Assembly (NCBI GenBank): GCA_028686075.1
Contig: JAQUCT010000001.1
Location: 9,953 to 73,952 of the forward strand
Length of the DNA: 64,000 nucleotides
Source of the DNA: Bacillota bacterium
GTDB taxonomy: Bacteria; Bacillota; Clostridia; Ch29
Direction: 5' to 3'
Made by a program: the position numbers and the translations under genes. Shown piece after piece: positions 47,906 to 59,032 of this stretch (position 1 is its first letter; each line of letters begins with the position of its first letter). Below the pieces are notes generated by a model. The model saw only the letters and a program-made list of their open reading frames with translations, did no database searches and was not told where the DNA came from.

Positions 47906-48742
47906 TTATCCTTTTAACAGCTCCAGAATTCTTTCCAGGTCCTCGGCATTATAGTACTCAATTTCTATCTTTCCCTTTTTCTTTCCCTGGACTATTTGAA
48001 CCTTTGTGCCTAGAAATTCTCCCATAATCCCTTCCATTTCCATAACCCAGGGGTTTTTGGCTTTAGCTTCTGTTTTGCTCCGTTTTTCTTTTGCCATACT
48101 GCTAATAACTTTTTCGGTTTCCCGTACGCTTAAGTCCTCTTTTAATATCCTTTCAATCACTTCTTTTTGTTTATTCCCTTCAAGGGTAATCAGAGCTCTG
48201 GCGTGGCCGGCGGTTAGCAGGTTATCCCTAACCATCCTTTGAATATCGGCAGAAAGGCTTAAAAGCCTCAAAGTATTGGCTATTGCCGGTCTGCTCTTCC
48301 CAACAGCCGCCGATATGTCGTCCTGGGTCAGCTCAAATTCCTCCATAAGAGTTTTATAGGCCTCCGCCTCTTCTATGGGATTTAGATCTTCCCTCTGCAG
48401 GTTCTCCACTAAAGCTATCTCCACAATCTGCCTTTCATCCAGTTCCATAACAACGGCGGGTACTGTTTTTAACCCCGCCATCCTGGCGGCCCTCCACCTT
48501 CTTTCCCCGGCCACTATTTCAAACCCCTGGTCTATTTTTCTTACTGCAATAGGCTGAACAACCCCATGTTTTGAAATGGATTCAGCAAGTCCTTCCATTT
48601 TTTCCGCATCAAACTGCTGCCTTGGCTGGTTTCTGTTAGGTGCTATGTCGTTAACCGGCACCTCCTGTATTCCTTGGTCTTCTATCTGCGGCAGTTCCGG
48701 GATTAGCGCGTTAAGCCCCTTACCCAGTCTTTTTTTTGCCAT
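47906..48742 (-). CDS. spo0J: Chromosome partitioning protein ParB/Spo0J
   Basis: ParB N-terminal box (GLNALIPE, VPVNDIAPNRNQPR), HTH, 278 aa. Confidence 0.9.
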   Translation of the reverse strand: MAKKRLGKGLNALIPELPQIEDQGIQEVPVNDIAPNRNQPRQQFDAEKMEGLAESISKHGVVQPIAVRKIDQGFEIVAGERRWRAARMAGLKTVPAVVMELDERQIVEIALVENLQREDLNPIEEAEAYKTLMEEFELTQDDISAAVGKSRPAIANTLRLLSLSADIQRMVRDNLLTAGHARALITLEGNKQKEVIERILKEDLSVRETEKVISSMAKEKRSKTEAKAKNPWVMEMEGIMGEFLGTKVQIVQGKKKGKIEIEYYNAEDLERILELLKG

Positions 48743-48747
48743 CTATT

Positions 48748-49518
48748 CTATTCCTCCTTACTGTATTCTATAAACTCCTCCGCCAATTCCACATAGGCCT
48801 CGGCCCCCTTTGATTTGGGGTCGTACATAAGTATAGGCACACCGTAGCTAGGGGCCTCCGCCAACCTTATGTTTCTCGGTATTATTGTTGTATAAACCTT
48901 GCTCTTGAAATATTTCTTTACTTCGTCCACAACCTGTATGGATAGGTTTGTGCGCCCGTCAAACATGCTCAGCACTACACCCTCAACCTTCAGGTCAGGA
49001 TTTAGTCCCCTTTGAACCAGCCATATGGTATTCATCAGCTGGCTTACGCCCTCAAGTGCATAGTATTCGCATTGAATGGGTATCAATACACTATCCGCCG
49101 CCGTCAGGGCATTTATTGTAAGCAATCCCAGGGAAGGAGGACAGTCTATAAAGACATAGTCGTAATTGTCCCTTACCTCCTTAAGAGCTTTCTTCAGCAT
49201 CTTTTCCCTTGCCTCAAACTCGGTCAACTCTATTTCCGCCCCCGCCAGTTGTACGCTTGAAGGCATTATGTACAGGTTTTCCACCGCTGTTTTAAAAATC
49301 ACCTGCTCCGCTTTGATATCGCCAATCAATACTTCGTATATGGTTTTTTTCAATGCCTTTTTATCTATGCCCAACCCGCTGGTGGTGTTGCCCTGAGGGT
49401 CTATATCAACCACCAACACCTTTTTGCCCCTAACAGCTATACATGAACTTAAGTTTACATTGGTGGTGGTCTTCCCTACACCACCTTTCTGGTTAAATAC
49501 CGCAATAACTCTGGACAC
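48748..49518 (-). CDS. soj: Chromosome partitioning ATPase ParA/Soj
   Basis: Deviant Walker A (FNQKGGVGKTTT). GTG at 49518 (MSRVIAVFNQ) is preceded by AGAGGTGA; the ORF-track start at 49527 is also GTG but without an RBS. Confidence 0.9.
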   Translation of the reverse strand: MSRVIAVFNQKGGVGKTTTNVNLSSCIAVRGKKVLVVDIDPQGNTTSGLGIDKKALKKTIYEVLIGDIKAEQVIFKTAVENLYIMPSSVQLAGAEIELTEFEAREKMLKKALKEVRDNYDYVFIDCPPSLGLLTINALTAADSVLIPIQCEYYALEGVSQLMNTIWLVQRGLNPDLKVEGVVLSMFDGRTNLSIQVVDEVKKYFKSKVYTTIIPRNIRLAEAPSYGVPILMYDPKSKGAEAYVELAEEFIEYSKEE

Positions 49519-49590
49519 CCAATTCACCTCTTAAACTATTTATTCTCCTACTGTTAATTTCTTTATTGTAACATAAGTTCCTTCTTATAA

Positions 49591-49619
49591 AAGAAAAAAT
49601 CTGCCGAAGGAGGCAGATT
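49591..49619 (-). terminator. Rho-independent terminator after noc
   Basis: On the minus strand: GGCAGAT...ATCTGCC 7-bp stem followed by TTTTTCTTTT. Confidence 0.65.
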
Positions 49620-49749
49620 CGTCTTTTAAAATTACTTGTATGGATTTTTGGCAATAGGCTTTCTGTTATCTGTGACCTATCACCCATAAACATCACCCTG
49701 ACGCCTAGTACCTAGCACCCAGTAGCTAGTACCTGTAATCTAATTTACA

Positions 49750-50577
49750 TCAACCTGAGGAAACGGCCCTGGATTTGGGTATCTTAACCACCACTTCAAC
49801 GTATTCCCCCGAATCCTTCTGGCTGAATTCGGCCTGTATTCCCGACTGTATTATAGCCCTGTATGCATTCCTGATCGTATTAACGTATATTCTATAATTT
49901 ATGGCTCCCCGAATGTTTTTGTTTACTTCCTCCCTGGCCGTATCTACCTTGTCGGCAGTGAGCTTGTCCAATATCCTTTCCACCAACTCTTCGGTTTCCT
50001 TTACCCGCAGATTTTTCTCAGCAATCCTGCTCAATAGGTTCATTTGAATTTCCTGTTCCGGTATCTTTAAAAGTGCTCTGGCATGCCTTTCGGTAAGTCC
50101 GTTCTGTATGATGTAATCCTTTACCTCCTTTGGCAGCCTTAAAAGCCGTATCTTATTGGCTACGGTGGATTGGTTCTTTCCGACCTTTTTAGCCACCTGC
50201 TCCTGCGTAAGCCCGTAATCATTCATTAGCGAAGCATACCCTTCTGCCTCTTCAAAAAAATTCAGGTCCTCCCTCTGCAGGTTCTCTATAAGGGCAATAA
50301 CTGCGGAATCCTCATCAAGAATCTCCATAACTATCGCCGGAATAGTTGTTAGCCCGGCCAACTTTGCAGCCTTCACCCTTCTTTCACCTGCAATCAATTC
50401 AAAATACCCGTCGTTCATCCTTTTAACCGCTATGGGCTGCAACACTCCGTACTCTTTAATGGATAAAGCTAATTCTTCTATAGTTATCTTATTAAACTTT
50501 TTTCTGGGTTGATACGGATTGGGTCTAATCCTTTCTATTTCTATCTGTCCTATTACTGTCCCGAACCCTTCTGTCAT
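49750..50577 (-). CDS. noc: ParB-like nucleoid occlusion protein Noc
   Basis: ParB-family N-domain (RIRPNPYQPRKKF) and HTH; second ParB paralogue next to rsmG as in Bacillus. Start taken at ATG 50577 (MTEGFG); the ORF-track extension to 50850 overlaps the rsmG 3' end by 139 nt in another frame. Confidence 0.8.
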   Translation of the reverse strand: MTEGFGTVIGQIEIERIRPNPYQPRKKFNKITIEELALSIKEYGVLQPIAVKRMNDGYFELIAGERRVKAAKLAGLTTIPAIVMEILDEDSAVIALIENLQREDLNFFEEAEGYASLMNDYGLTQEQVAKKVGKNQSTVANKIRLLRLPKEVKDYIIQNGLTERHARALLKIPEQEIQMNLLSRIAEKNLRVKETEELVERILDKLTADKVDTAREEVNKNIRGAINYRIYVNTIRNAYRAIIQSGIQAEFSQKDSGEYVEVVVKIPKSRAVSSG

Positions 50578-50711
50578 ATCAGCCACCCCTTTATCCGAAA
50601 CTATTTGCGCCAAACATCCCCTGTTTTGCCTTTTCCTATCTATTTCTTTGCCCAACCCTTTGTTCCTTCTGTCCTTTTCAAGAATCGTTCTACACTTACC
50701 GCTACGTTTCT

Positions 50712-51434
50712 TCAGCTTAAAGGCTTTTTCGCTGGTCTTCCTGCTTTTCTTGGGTATTCCGACCCGGTGGCTGTTAACTTTTCTATTATTATTATATAAT
50801 GGGTAATATCTGTAAAGGGCAGGCGGAAGTCCCGGACCTGGGACATACACCCCCCTAAAATGCCTATTGCCCTATCGGCTTGGTCTATCTCTTCAATATA
50901 TCCTGGCCCTTTCATCGCAAGAAAAACTCCCCCTGTTTCAACGAAGGGCAGACAGTATTCCGATACCACCGACATATGAGCCACCGCCCTGGAAAAGCAC
51001 AGCTGATACTTTTCCCTGTGCGCTACATCCCTTGCTAATTCCTCAGCCCTTCCGTGGATGGGAACAGCACCCTTTAGTCCTAGCCTCGCAATCACACACT
51101 CCAGGAACACTACCCTTTTTTTAAGAGAATCCAGTAGCGTAATTTCCAGGTCGGGATACATTATTTTTAAAGGAATTCCGGGAAACCCGGCCCCCGTTCC
51201 CACATCAATAGCTTTAAGTCCATCGTTCACATATCCTGTTGCGGCACAGGTAATGGAATCAAGAAAGTGCTTTATAATAACGTCCCGATCTTCGGTAATT
51301 GCGGTAAGGTTCATTCTTTTGTTCCAATCGGTCAGCATCCTCATATATTCCATCAGTTGGTCAACCTGTTCTCCTGTAACTGTAACCCCCAGTCCGTGTG
51401 CCCCTTTTTTTAAAAGCTCCACACCCACTTTCAT
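50712..51434 (-). CDS. rsmG: 16S rRNA (guanine527-N7)-methyltransferase RsmG (GidB)
   Basis: SAM-binding motif ([16 protein letters not shown]), 240 aa, position downstream of mnmG. Confidence 0.9.
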   Translation of the reverse strand: MKVGVELLKKGAHGLGVTVTGEQVDQLMEYMRMLTDWNKRMNLTAITEDRDVIIKHFLDSITCAATGYVNDGLKAIDVGTGAGFPGIPLKIMYPDLEITLLDSLKKRVVFLECVIARLGLKGAVPIHGRAEELARDVAHREKYQLCFSRAVAHMSVVSEYCLPFVETGGVFLAMKGPGYIEEIDQADRAIGILGGCMSQVRDFRLPFTDITHYIIIIEKLTATGSEYPRKAGRPAKKPLS

Positions 51435-53320
51435 TTCCTTTCCGCCCTTCTTCTCTGTTCGAGGTATACCATAAGTACCGATATATCCGCCGGCGAAACC
51501 CCTGTTATCCTTGAAGCATGGCCTATTGAATCCGGTTTAATCCCGTCTAGTTTCTCCTGGGCCTCCCGCCTCAATCCCTTTATTCCGAAATAATTGATAT
51601 CCGGGTTAAGCTTTTTACCCTCCATCCTTTTAAATTGCTCCACCTGGATAAGCTGTTTTTTGATATAGCCTTCATATTTAATTTCCGTTTCCACCTGTTT
51701 ACCTATGGCCCTCGGCAGGGTCGGCCTTTCCTTATCCAGCACCCCAAGGCTTTCATAGTCGATTTCTGGACGCTTTAAAAGCTCGTACAAGCTTATCCCT
51801 GATTTTATCTCCGAGCTTTCCCTTTCCCTCAAAAAAGCGTTTATTTCCTCTAAAGGGGATACAACCATACTTTTAAGCCTTTTTATTTCCCGTCGGAGTT
51901 TTTGCTGTTTATCTATGAATTTTGCGTACCTTTCTTCGGTAACCAGTCCTATATCATAACCTTTTTGGGTTAACCGGCCATCGGCATTGTCCTGCCTTAG
52001 TATAAGCCTGTATTCCGCCCTCGAGGTCATTATCCTATAGGGCTCCCGGGTTCCCTTTGTAACCAGATCATCTATCAGCACGCCTATATAGGCCTCAGAC
52101 CGGTCAAGTATTACCGGCTTTTGTCCCCTTATTTTTCTAACCGCATTGATTCCCGCCATTATACCCTGGGCCGCCGCCTCCTCGTATCCTGAGCTGCCGT
52201 TTATCTGACCGGCACAGAACAGTCCGTTTATCCCCTTGCACTCCAGCGACAAATTAAGTTGCGTTGGGTCAATACAGTCATATTCTATTGCATAGGCGGT
52301 CCTCATTATATTTACCTTTTCCAACCCCTTTATTGACCGGTAAAACTTCACCTGGACGTCCTCCGGAAGGCTGGTGGACATGCCCTGTACATACATCTCT
52401 TTTGTATCCCTTCCTTCCGGCTCGATAAAAAGCTGGTGTGACTGCTTGTCCGGGAAAACGGTGAGTTTGCTCTCTATCGAAGGACAGTACCTTACCCCAA
52501 CGCCTGTTATTTCCCCTCCGTACAGTGCTGACCTTTCTATATTTTCCATCACTATCCTGTGGGTATCCTCGTTGGTATACCCCAGCCAACAGGAAATCTG
52601 TTCCCGATCCAGGTTTTCGAACTCGTTCAGAAAGGAAAAGGGAACAATATCCCGATCTCCCCTTTGCTCGATCAAAACTGAATAATCAATAGAATCCCTG
52701 TGTACTCTGGCCGGTGTCCCCGTTTTAAACCTCATAAGCTTAAGCCCCGCCTTTTCCAGGTTTCCGGAGAGTTCATTCGCGGCAAAAAGGCCGTAAGGAC
52801 CACCTTCATAGCTAATTTTCCCTATGTGGATTTTGCCCTTTAGATACACTCCTGTGGTAAGTATAACGGCTTTTGCCCTGAAGATCGCCCCGTTCTTGGT
52901 TTTTATACCTCTGCATTCGTCCTGCTCAACAATTATGTCAGTTACCTCGTCCTGCTTAATATCCAGATTGGGCTGGCTTTCTAGGGTCCTTTTCATTTCG
53001 GACTGGTAGTCTGTTTTATCAGCCTGGGCTCTCAGCGAATGAACTGCCGGACCCTTTCCGGTGTTTAGCATTTTTATCTGTATGAAGGTCTTATCTATCA
53101 GTACCCCCATTTCCCCTCCCAGAGCGTCTATCTCCCTCACCAAATGTCCCTTGCCAGTACCCCCTATGGCTGGATTACAGGCCATGAGTGCTATACTATC
53201 AAGATTAAGGGTAACCACCAGGGTCTTGCAGCCCAGCCTTGCGGCGGCAAGGCTCGCTTCACACCCCGCATGCCCGGCACCCACCACTATTACATCATAG
53301 TCTCCTGCGTAATACTCCAT
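51431..53320 (-). CDS. mnmG: tRNA uridine 5-carboxymethylaminomethyl modification enzyme MnmG (GidA)
   Basis: FAD-binding N-terminus [14 protein letters not shown], 629 aa, overlaps rsmG start by 4 nt. Confidence 0.92.
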   Translation of the reverse strand: MEYYAGDYDVIVVGAGHAGCEASLAAARLGCKTLVVTLNLDSIALMACNPAIGGTGKGHLVREIDALGGEMGVLIDKTFIQIKMLNTGKGPAVHSLRAQADKTDYQSEMKRTLESQPNLDIKQDEVTDIIVEQDECRGIKTKNGAIFRAKAVILTTGVYLKGKIHIGKISYEGGPYGLFAANELSGNLEKAGLKLMRFKTGTPARVHRDSIDYSVLIEQRGDRDIVPFSFLNEFENLDREQISCWLGYTNEDTHRIVMENIERSALYGGEITGVGVRYCPSIESKLTVFPDKQSHQLFIEPEGRDTKEMYVQGMSTSLPEDVQVKFYRSIKGLEKVNIMRTAYAIEYDCIDPTQLNLSLECKGINGLFCAGQINGSSGYEEAAAQGIMAGINAVRKIRGQKPVILDRSEAYIGVLIDDLVTKGTREPYRIMTSRAEYRLILRQDNADGRLTQKGYDIGLVTEERYAKFIDKQQKLRREIKRLKSMVVSPLEEINAFLRERESSEIKSGISLYELLKRPEIDYESLGVLDKERPTLPRAIGKQVETEIKYEGYIKKQLIQVEQFKRMEGKKLNPDINYFGIKGLRREAQEKLDGIKPDSIGHASRITGVSPADISVLMVYLEQRRRAERK

Positions 53321-53330
53321 TATACCCCTC

Positions 53331-54722
53331 CTACTTGCCTATGCAGAAGTCCTCAAATATCCTGTCCACAATGTCCTCGGTTATATTGTCCCCGGTTATT
53401 TCCCCCAAGGCTTCCAGGGCTGCCTTTATATCTATCGAAACAAGGTCTATCGGCAGGCCGTTTCCCATTGCCTTTATTGCATCCTCAAGGCTCCTTTTGG
53501 CCCTCCTAAGACAGTCCGCGTGCCTTACCCTGGTAACCATAACTGCATCCCCGCTTGTTATGCCGTCCGAAAATACCAAATTATATATGGTATCCTCAAG
53601 GACATCTAGTCCCATATCCTTTATAAGGGACATGTGTATCACCGGCCATTCATGGTATTTTTTAGTAATTTCCTCTACGTTTAGCTTTATTTCCAGGTCG
53701 GTTTTGTTTATTAACACTATGGCCCTTTTATCCTTAATTATATCCAGTATTTTCCTGTCATCCTGTGAAAGGGGCCTTGCGGCGTCCAGCATTAGCAGCA
53801 CCAAGTCGGCATTTTCCATATATTCCCTAGTTTTTTCAACTCCTATACTTTCCACCAGGTCGTCGGTTTCCCTGATACCCGCCGTATCCATTAACCTTAG
53901 CGGAATACCTTTTAAGTTTATGTACTCCTCTATTACATCCCTGGTGGTCCCCGGTACTTCGGTAACTATCGCCCTGTTCTCCCTAAGCAGCGCATTAAGA
54001 AGGGAGGACTTGCCCACGTTAGGCTTTCCTATAATTGCCGTTTTAAGACCCTCCCGTACTATCCTGCCTCCGGAGGACGTTGACAAAAGCCTTTCCACCA
54101 TATCCTCCGCCTGCCGGGTATCCATAAGCAGTACCTCCCTGGTCTGTTCCTCTATGTCATGTTCGGGGAAATCTATCGAAGCTTCCACTCCGGCCATTAC
54201 CGACAAAAGTTTATCTTTTATTTCATCCAAATACCGGGACAGTCTTCCCTCAAGCTGGCTTACAGCAGTCTTTAAGCCCATCTCAGATTTCGAATGAATA
54301 ATATCCATAACCGCCTCTGCCTGGGACAGGTCAAGTCTTCCGTTTATGAAGGCCCTTTTGGTAAACTCCCCCGGCTCCGCCACCCTTGCTCCAAGGTCTA
54401 CAATTATCTCCAGTATCTTTCTCACCGCCGCGTTTCCACCATGACAGTGAATTTCGACAACGTCTTCCCTCGTATACGTATGCGGTGCTTTCATTGTAGC
54501 CACCAAAACCTCATCAATTATTTCCCCGCTATCGGGATTATATATATGGCCATAGTTCATCCTTCTGCCCGGCAGCTCCTCCAGAGGCTTGCCGGATACC
54601 GCCCTGAAGGCCCTGGCCGCAATCCTTTTCGCCTCGGGACCGCTTATACGCACTATCCCAATGCCGCTTTCCCCCGGGGCAGTGGCTATTGCGGTAATTG
54701 TATCCCCTTCCCTTATTATCAT
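53331..54722 (-). CDS. mnmE: tRNA modification GTPase MnmE (TrmE)
   Basis: N-terminal TIAAIATAPG motif, G-domain ([12 protein letters not shown]), C-terminal CIGK. ATG at 54722 has RBS GAGGTGGTG; the ORF-track N-terminal extension is unsupported. Confidence 0.92.
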   Translation of the reverse strand: MIIREGDTITAIATAPGESGIGIVRISGPEAKRIAARAFRAVSGKPLEELPGRRMNYGHIYNPDSGEIIDEVLVATMKAPHTYTREDVVEIHCHGGNAAVRKILEIIVDLGARVAEPGEFTKRAFINGRLDLSQAEAVMDIIHSKSEMGLKTAVSQLEGRLSRYLDEIKDKLLSVMAGVEASIDFPEHDIEEQTREVLLMDTRQAEDMVERLLSTSSGGRIVREGLKTAIIGKPNVGKSSLLNALLRENRAIVTEVPGTTRDVIEEYINLKGIPLRLMDTAGIRETDDLVESIGVEKTREYMENADLVLLMLDAARPLSQDDRKILDIIKDKRAIVLINKTDLEIKLNVEEITKKYHEWPVIHMSLIKDMGLDVLEDTIYNLVFSDGITSGDAVMVTRVRHADCLRRAKRSLEDAIKAMGNGLPIDLVSIDIKAALEALGEITGDNITEDIVDRIFEDFCIGK

Positions 54723-54839
54723 AGCGCACCACCTCAAATGTATTATACCACTTTCATTATTACCATTGACTGTTTCAATTACTCTTTTAAATGGACTGAA
54801 AAATTTAAAGCAGGTGCATAGCACCTGCTGACAGTTGGT

Positions 54840-55472
54840 CTATCTTAAGCTTACTATTACCTTTCTGTACGGTTCTTCACCTTCACTGTGAGTTGCAACC
54901 CTGTCATCGCCTTGCAATGCGGAATGTATTACCCTTCTTTCATAGGGGTTCATGGGTTCTAAAGCTATATCCTTTCCTATCCTTACCGCCTTATATGCAA
55001 TGTTCTTTGCCAGCTGTATCAGAGTTTCCTCTCTTTTCTTTCTGTAATTCTCGGTGTCCACAATAACACGGTAATAATGCTCAGGATATTTCCTGTTAAC
55101 CACAAGACCCGTTATATACTGTATGGAATCTAAGGTCTGGCCCCTTCTTCCTATCAAAACTCCCATATTGGGCCCCTTAAATTCCGCCCGTATAACGCTG
55201 CCCTCTTCCGGTTTAACCATCACCCTACCCTCAACGCCCATTACATCAAGCAGTTTTTCTAGGAATTCCTTTGCCACATCGGCAGGCGTTACTTTAAGTG
55301 TAACCATAACCTTTCCCGGTTTATTATTAATAAGCCCCAGTAGGCCCTTTTCCGGCTCTTCAAGTATGTCAATCTTGACATCGTTTAAGTCAACACCAAG
55401 TTCTTCTATAGCCAGTTGAACCGCTTCCTGAATCGTCTTGCCCGTTTTTACAACAGTTTTTCCAGTCGTCAA
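54840..55472 (-). CDS. jag: Jag (SpoIIIJ-associated KH/R3H RNA-binding protein)
   Basis: KH and R3H domains (...IHSALQGDDRVATHSEGEEPYRKVIV), 4-nt overlap with yidC. Confidence 0.85.
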   Translation of the reverse strand: MTTGKTVVKTGKTIQEAVQLAIEELGVDLNDVKIDILEEPEKGLLGLINNKPGKVMVTLKVTPADVAKEFLEKLLDVMGVEGRVMVKPEEGSVIRAEFKGPNMGVLIGRRGQTLDSIQYITGLVVNRKYPEHYYRVIVDTENYRKKREETLIQLAKNIAYKAVRIGKDIALEPMNPYERRVIHSALQGDDRVATHSEGEEPYRKVIVSLR

Positions 55473-56161
55473 TTGGATTCCTCCTTAACCGTCCCTCCCC
55501 GGCCCAAACCAAAATACTGCTGCACTATCTGGAATGTATTACTCAGCACCCAATACAGAGTAACTCCGGCGGGAAAACTGAAACTAAAGTACCCAATCAT
55601 GAGGGGCATTATTGTGTTCATGGTGTTCTGAGTGCCCTCAACGTTTTTGGGCGTCACCATCTTTGACTGATAATAAGTGGTACCGGCTGCTAGTATCGGC
55701 AATATCCACTTAATTGGATCTTTATAGTCCTTTAATAAACTTCCTGTTGCCGACAGGTCTTTTATCCATAAAAAACTCTTTCCAACGGCATCATAGGTCT
55801 CGGGAGTAAATACATATGTTTCAGGTAGCCTTAAAACCTGGAATAATGCAAACAGTATAGGAAGCTGTAGTAACAGGGGCAGACAACCGCTGGTAAAAGG
55901 GTTCGCGTTGTGCTGCCTGTACAGCTCCATTGTCTTTTCATTGAGCTTTTGTTTATCGTGGCCATACTTCTTCTGCAGTGCCTTAATCTTCGGATTAAGC
56001 TCCTGCATCTGTTTCATGGACTTTGTCTGTTTAATAGTAAGTGGCATGAGAATGAGTTTTACCAATATTGTAAATATTACTATGGAAAGCCCATAACTGT
56101 TGACCAGGCTATATATATAAAATAGCAGCTTTCCCAAAGGTACAGCAATTGCGTTAAACAT
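55469..56161 (-). CDS. yidC: Membrane protein insertase YidC/OxaA (SpoIIIJ-type)
   Basis: Five TM helices, conserved YidC core, 230 aa. Confidence 0.88.
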   Translation of the reverse strand: MFNAIAVPLGKLLFYIYSLVNSYGLSIVIFTILVKLILMPLTIKQTKSMKQMQELNPKIKALQKKYGHDKQKLNEKTMELYRQHNANPFTSGCLPLLLQLPILFALFQVLRLPETYVFTPETYDAVGKSFLWIKDLSATGSLLKDYKDPIKWILPILAAGTTYYQSKMVTPKNVEGTQNTMNTIMPLMIGYFSFSFPAGVTLYWVLSNTFQIVQQYFGLGRGGTVKEESN

Positions 56162-56182
56162 TTTTCTCCCCCTAATCTGTGG

Positions 56183-56392
56183 TTATTTTACGGGGTCATA
56201 CCCTCCCGGATGGAACGGATGACACTTCAGTATCCTTTTACCAGCCATGAACGTCCCCTTTATTGCTCCATACTTGTCTATGGCTTGAATTGCATATTCT
56301 GAACAGGTCGGATAGAACCTGCACTTTCCTGTCTTAATGGGTGAAATAAACGTTCTATATAAATTTATAATAAAAATGAATACCCTTTTCAT
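56183..56392 (-). CDS. yidD: Membrane protein insertion efficiency factor YidD
   Basis: 69 aa, conserved FYPTCSEYA motif. Confidence 0.85.
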   Translation of the reverse strand: MKRVFIFIINLYRTFISPIKTGKCRFYPTCSEYAIQAIDKYGAIKGTFMAGKRILKCHPFHPGGYDPVK

Positions 56393-56739
56393 TTCAACCC
56401 TTCTTTTTCTGCGAGTTTATGCCTTATTAGTAAATCCGCCATCCACTTTTCTATGTCTTTATATCCCGCCTCTTTTGCCTGTACCCGGGCTATAAATACC
56501 AGGTCATAGCCCTTTGTAATCCTCCCGGAATACCTCCTGTATGTTTCCTTAATAAGTCTTTTAATTCTGTTTCTTACAACGCTCTTTCCGACTTTTCTGC
56601 TAACACTTACGCCGATTCTGTTATACTCTTTCCCGTTTTGAATCACATACATTACCAATACGGGATTGGCCTTACTGCTGCCTCTATTATAGACTTTTGA
56701 GAATTCTTTGCTTTTTCTTATAGAAATTAAATCCGCCAT
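56389..56739 (-). CDS. rnpA: Ribonuclease P protein component RnpA
   Basis: RNR motif ([12 protein letters not shown]); start ATG 56739 (MADLISIRK); an alternative upstream ATG at 56769 has no RBS. Confidence 0.88.
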   Translation of the reverse strand: MADLISIRKSKEFSKVYNRGSSKANPVLVMYVIQNGKEYNRIGVSVSRKVGKSVVRNRIKRLIKETYRRYSGRITKGYDLVFIARVQAKEAGYKDIEKWMADLLIRHKLAEKEGLK

Positions 56740-56911
56740 AGGAACCCTTCTTTTGAACTGTTCCCGCATTCAAAATAGGTCTATATAGGTCTATTATTGA
56801 TTCATTATTCCTATAGAACGCACATAGAACAGTATAAATACTTAATCCGTGTTCTGACAGCTATTTTTCCCTCCCCGAAAAAATGTATAAAAAGGCCCCC
56901 TGATAGCGGCC

Positions 56912-57046
56912 TTATGCTGTCAACCTCTTTCTTCCCTTTCTTCTTCTTCTTTTTAACACCCTTCTTCCGGTGCTTGTTTTCATCCTCTTCCTGAAACCAT
57001 GTTCCTTCTTTCTCTGCCTTTTTTTAGGCTGATAAGTCATTTTCAT
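56912..57046 (-). CDS. rpmH: 50S ribosomal protein L34
   Basis: Minus-strand translation [44 protein letters not shown] (44 aa); not in the ORF track because it is under 60 aa. Confidence 0.92.
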   Translation of the reverse strand: MKMTYQPKKRQRKKEHGFRKRMKTSTGRRVLKRRRRKGRKRLTA

Positions 57047-57139
57047 AGGTCACACCCCCTCTTCCTTGTTTGGGCTTTTAGAGCATATCCCCCCGAATTA
57101 TATATAGATTATAGCCCTATTGAATATTTGTGTCAAGAA

Positions 57140-57410
57140 AATGAAATTGTGGATAATGCAAAAATCGGTGTTATTTTTTGTGGATATGTTGCCGATAATT
57201 ATTGATAACACCGGAATAATTTGTTATCATAAAATAGCATCTTCAGATGCCCGGGGCGATATCCGTAATTATACTAAAATCCTTTATCTGTAGCAATATA
57301 AGGATTACAACCGATAGCTCCGGTACATATAGAAACGGTTCTTATCTTTGTTTATTAATTACCCGGGGGATGAAAAATATTCCTAATCAATGTGGATATT
57401 TGTGGGGACA
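57140..57410. other. oriC upstream module: DnaA-box cluster between rpmH and dnaA
   Basis: TGTGGATAA (57148..57156, perfect), TGTGGATAT (57179..57187), TGTGGATAT (57391..57399), TGTGGGGAC (57401..57409), plus weaker TTATCTGTA/TTATCTTTG boxes, all in an AT-rich spacer. Confidence 0.75.
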
Positions 57411-57432
57411 ACCTATATAAGGAGGCAATACA

Positions 57433-58776
57433 ATGCAGAACGATACGACATCCGTTTGGGAGGATACTCTAAGGCTTATAAAGGACGAGCTGGCGGAGGT
57501 AAGTTTCAATACCTGGTTTAAGGTTACCCAGTTGGTTGAGATTGCCGACGAGAACATAATACTATGTGCCCCTAACGAATTTATAAAGAATATTCTCGAA
57601 ACCCGTTACATAACGCTTATATTCAACGCCTTGGAACAGGTGACTTCCAGGCAGTACGACATACGAATTATTCTACAGGAGGAAAGTAATTCCAAAACCC
57701 ATGACCGCAACAGTAAAAAACAAAGCGGTGAGAGAGATACTCTTAATTCCGATTTGGGTATATTAAATCCGAAATATACATTTGATACCTTTGTAATAGG
57801 AAACAGCAACCGGTTTGCCCATGCCGCCTCGCTGGCGGTTTCCGAGGCACCCGCGAAGTCCTATAACCCACTTTTTATATACGGCGGGGTGGGCCTTGGC
57901 AAAACTCACCTTATGCATGCCATAGGACACTATATACTGAGAAATAATCCAAGAACCCGGGTCGTTTATAGCACCTCGGAGAAATTTACAAACGACCTTA
58001 TTAACTCGATTAGGGATGATAAAAACGTAGAATTCAGAAATCGGTACAGGACCACCGACGTCCTGCTTGTGGACGATATACAGTTTATCGCTGATAAAGA
58101 AAGGACTCAGGAGGAATTTTTCCATACCTTTAATTCGCTGTACGAGTCCAGCAAGCAGATAATTATATCCAGCGACCGGCCTCCGAAGGAAATACCTACC
58201 CTCGAGGACAGGCTCAGGTCAAGGTTTGAGTGGGGCCTTATATGCGATATTCAGCCCCCGGATTTTGAGACCCGTATAGCCATACTCAAGAAAAAAGCAA
58301 ATCTTGAGAATATATCCACTCCCGACGAGGTACTTGTATTTATTGCAAAAAAAATAGAATCAAACATCCGGGAGCTAGAGGGAGCCCTTATTAGGGTCGT
58401 TGCCTATTCATCGCTCACGAACAGGGATATAAATATGGACCTTACCCGGGAAGCCCTTAAGGATTTCTTTTCAAATTCCAAGCCCAAGCCGGTTACGGTG
58501 GATTTGATAAAGCGGGTTATATCCGAATACTATTCTATTAAAATAGAGGACTTTACCTCTAAAAAACGCACCCGGGCAATCGCTTTCCCGCGGCAAGTGG
58601 CTATGTACCTGACCAGGGAACTGACCGACCTTTCACTGCCAAAGATAGGGGATGAATTCGGCGGAAGGGACCATACGACCGTACTGCACGCCTACGATAA
58701 GATTTCCACGGAGCTAAAAAGTGATGAATCCCTTAAAATTGCCATGGGTGAAATACAAAGAAAGCTTAATGGTTAA
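57433..58776 (+). CDS. dnaA: Chromosomal replication initiator protein DnaA
   Basis: AAA+ Walker [11 protein letters not shown], sensor and domain IV HTH (…[12 protein letters not shown]…), 447 aa, RBS AGGAGG. Confidence 0.95.
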   Translation: MQNDTTSVWEDTLRLIKDELAEVSFNTWFKVTQLVEIADENIILCAPNEFIKNILETRYITLIFNALEQVTSRQYDIRIILQEESNSKTHDRNSKKQSGERDTLNSDLGILNPKYTFDTFVIGNSNRFAHAASLAVSEAPAKSYNPLFIYGGVGLGKTHLMHAIGHYILRNNPRTRVVYSTSEKFTNDLINSIRDDKNVEFRNRYRTTDVLLVDDIQFIADKERTQEEFFHTFNSLYESSKQIIISSDRPPKEIPTLEDRLRSRFEWGLICDIQPPDFETRIAILKKKANLENISTPDEVLVFIAKKIESNIRELEGALIRVVAYSSLTNRDINMDLTREALKDFFSNSKPKPVTVDLIKRVISEYYSIKIEDFTSKKRTRAIAFPRQVAMYLTRELTDLSLPKIGDEFGGRDHTTVLHAYDKISTELKSDESLKIAMGEIQRKLNG

Positions 58777-58797
58777 AACCCCTTTTCTTGGGGATAT

Positions 58798-59012
58798 CCG
58801 GTTGATAACCGGTTGATAACCTGTTAAGTAATCTATATGGAATAAATAACCATAGGCATAATGTGTATAGTGTGGAAAAGGATACACCGATTAATAACAA
58901 TCGGTCAACAGATGAATGCGTTTGTCCCGCTGCAGTCCGGACACTTTTCCACATATCAACACCCCCTACTACTATTACTACTATATATTTATATATTTAT
59001 ATATAAAAAACT
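58798..59012. other. oriC downstream module with DnaA boxes and AT-rich DNA unwinding element
   Basis: Tandem ccggTTGATAACC repeat (58798..58822), inverted pair TGTGGAAAA (58871..58879) / TTTTCCACA (58945..58953), then the 100 percent AT tract atatatttatatatttatatataaaaaa (58983..59010) immediately upstream of dnaN. Confidence 0.7.
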
Positions 59013-59032
59013 TGGTTTTGGAGGTTATTCAC

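Noticed and set aside
49750-50850. Long 366-aa form of Noc with a 91-aa basic N-terminal extension
   Set aside because: The extension overlaps the 3' end of rsmG by 139 nt in another frame and lacks an RBS. ATG at 50577 has an RBS and yields a ParB-sized protein. The long form cannot be fully excluded.
56860-56911. Intrinsic terminator downstream of rpmH
   Set aside because: Only a 4-bp GGCC/GGCC stem followed by TTTTT. Too weak to call with confidence.
58916-59032. N-terminal extension of dnaN (MRLSRCSPDTFPHINTPYYYYYYIFIYLYIK...)
   Set aside because: It is a translation of the AT-rich DNA unwinding element (poly-Tyr/Ile from TAT/ATA repeats). The real start is ATG 59033 after GGAGG.
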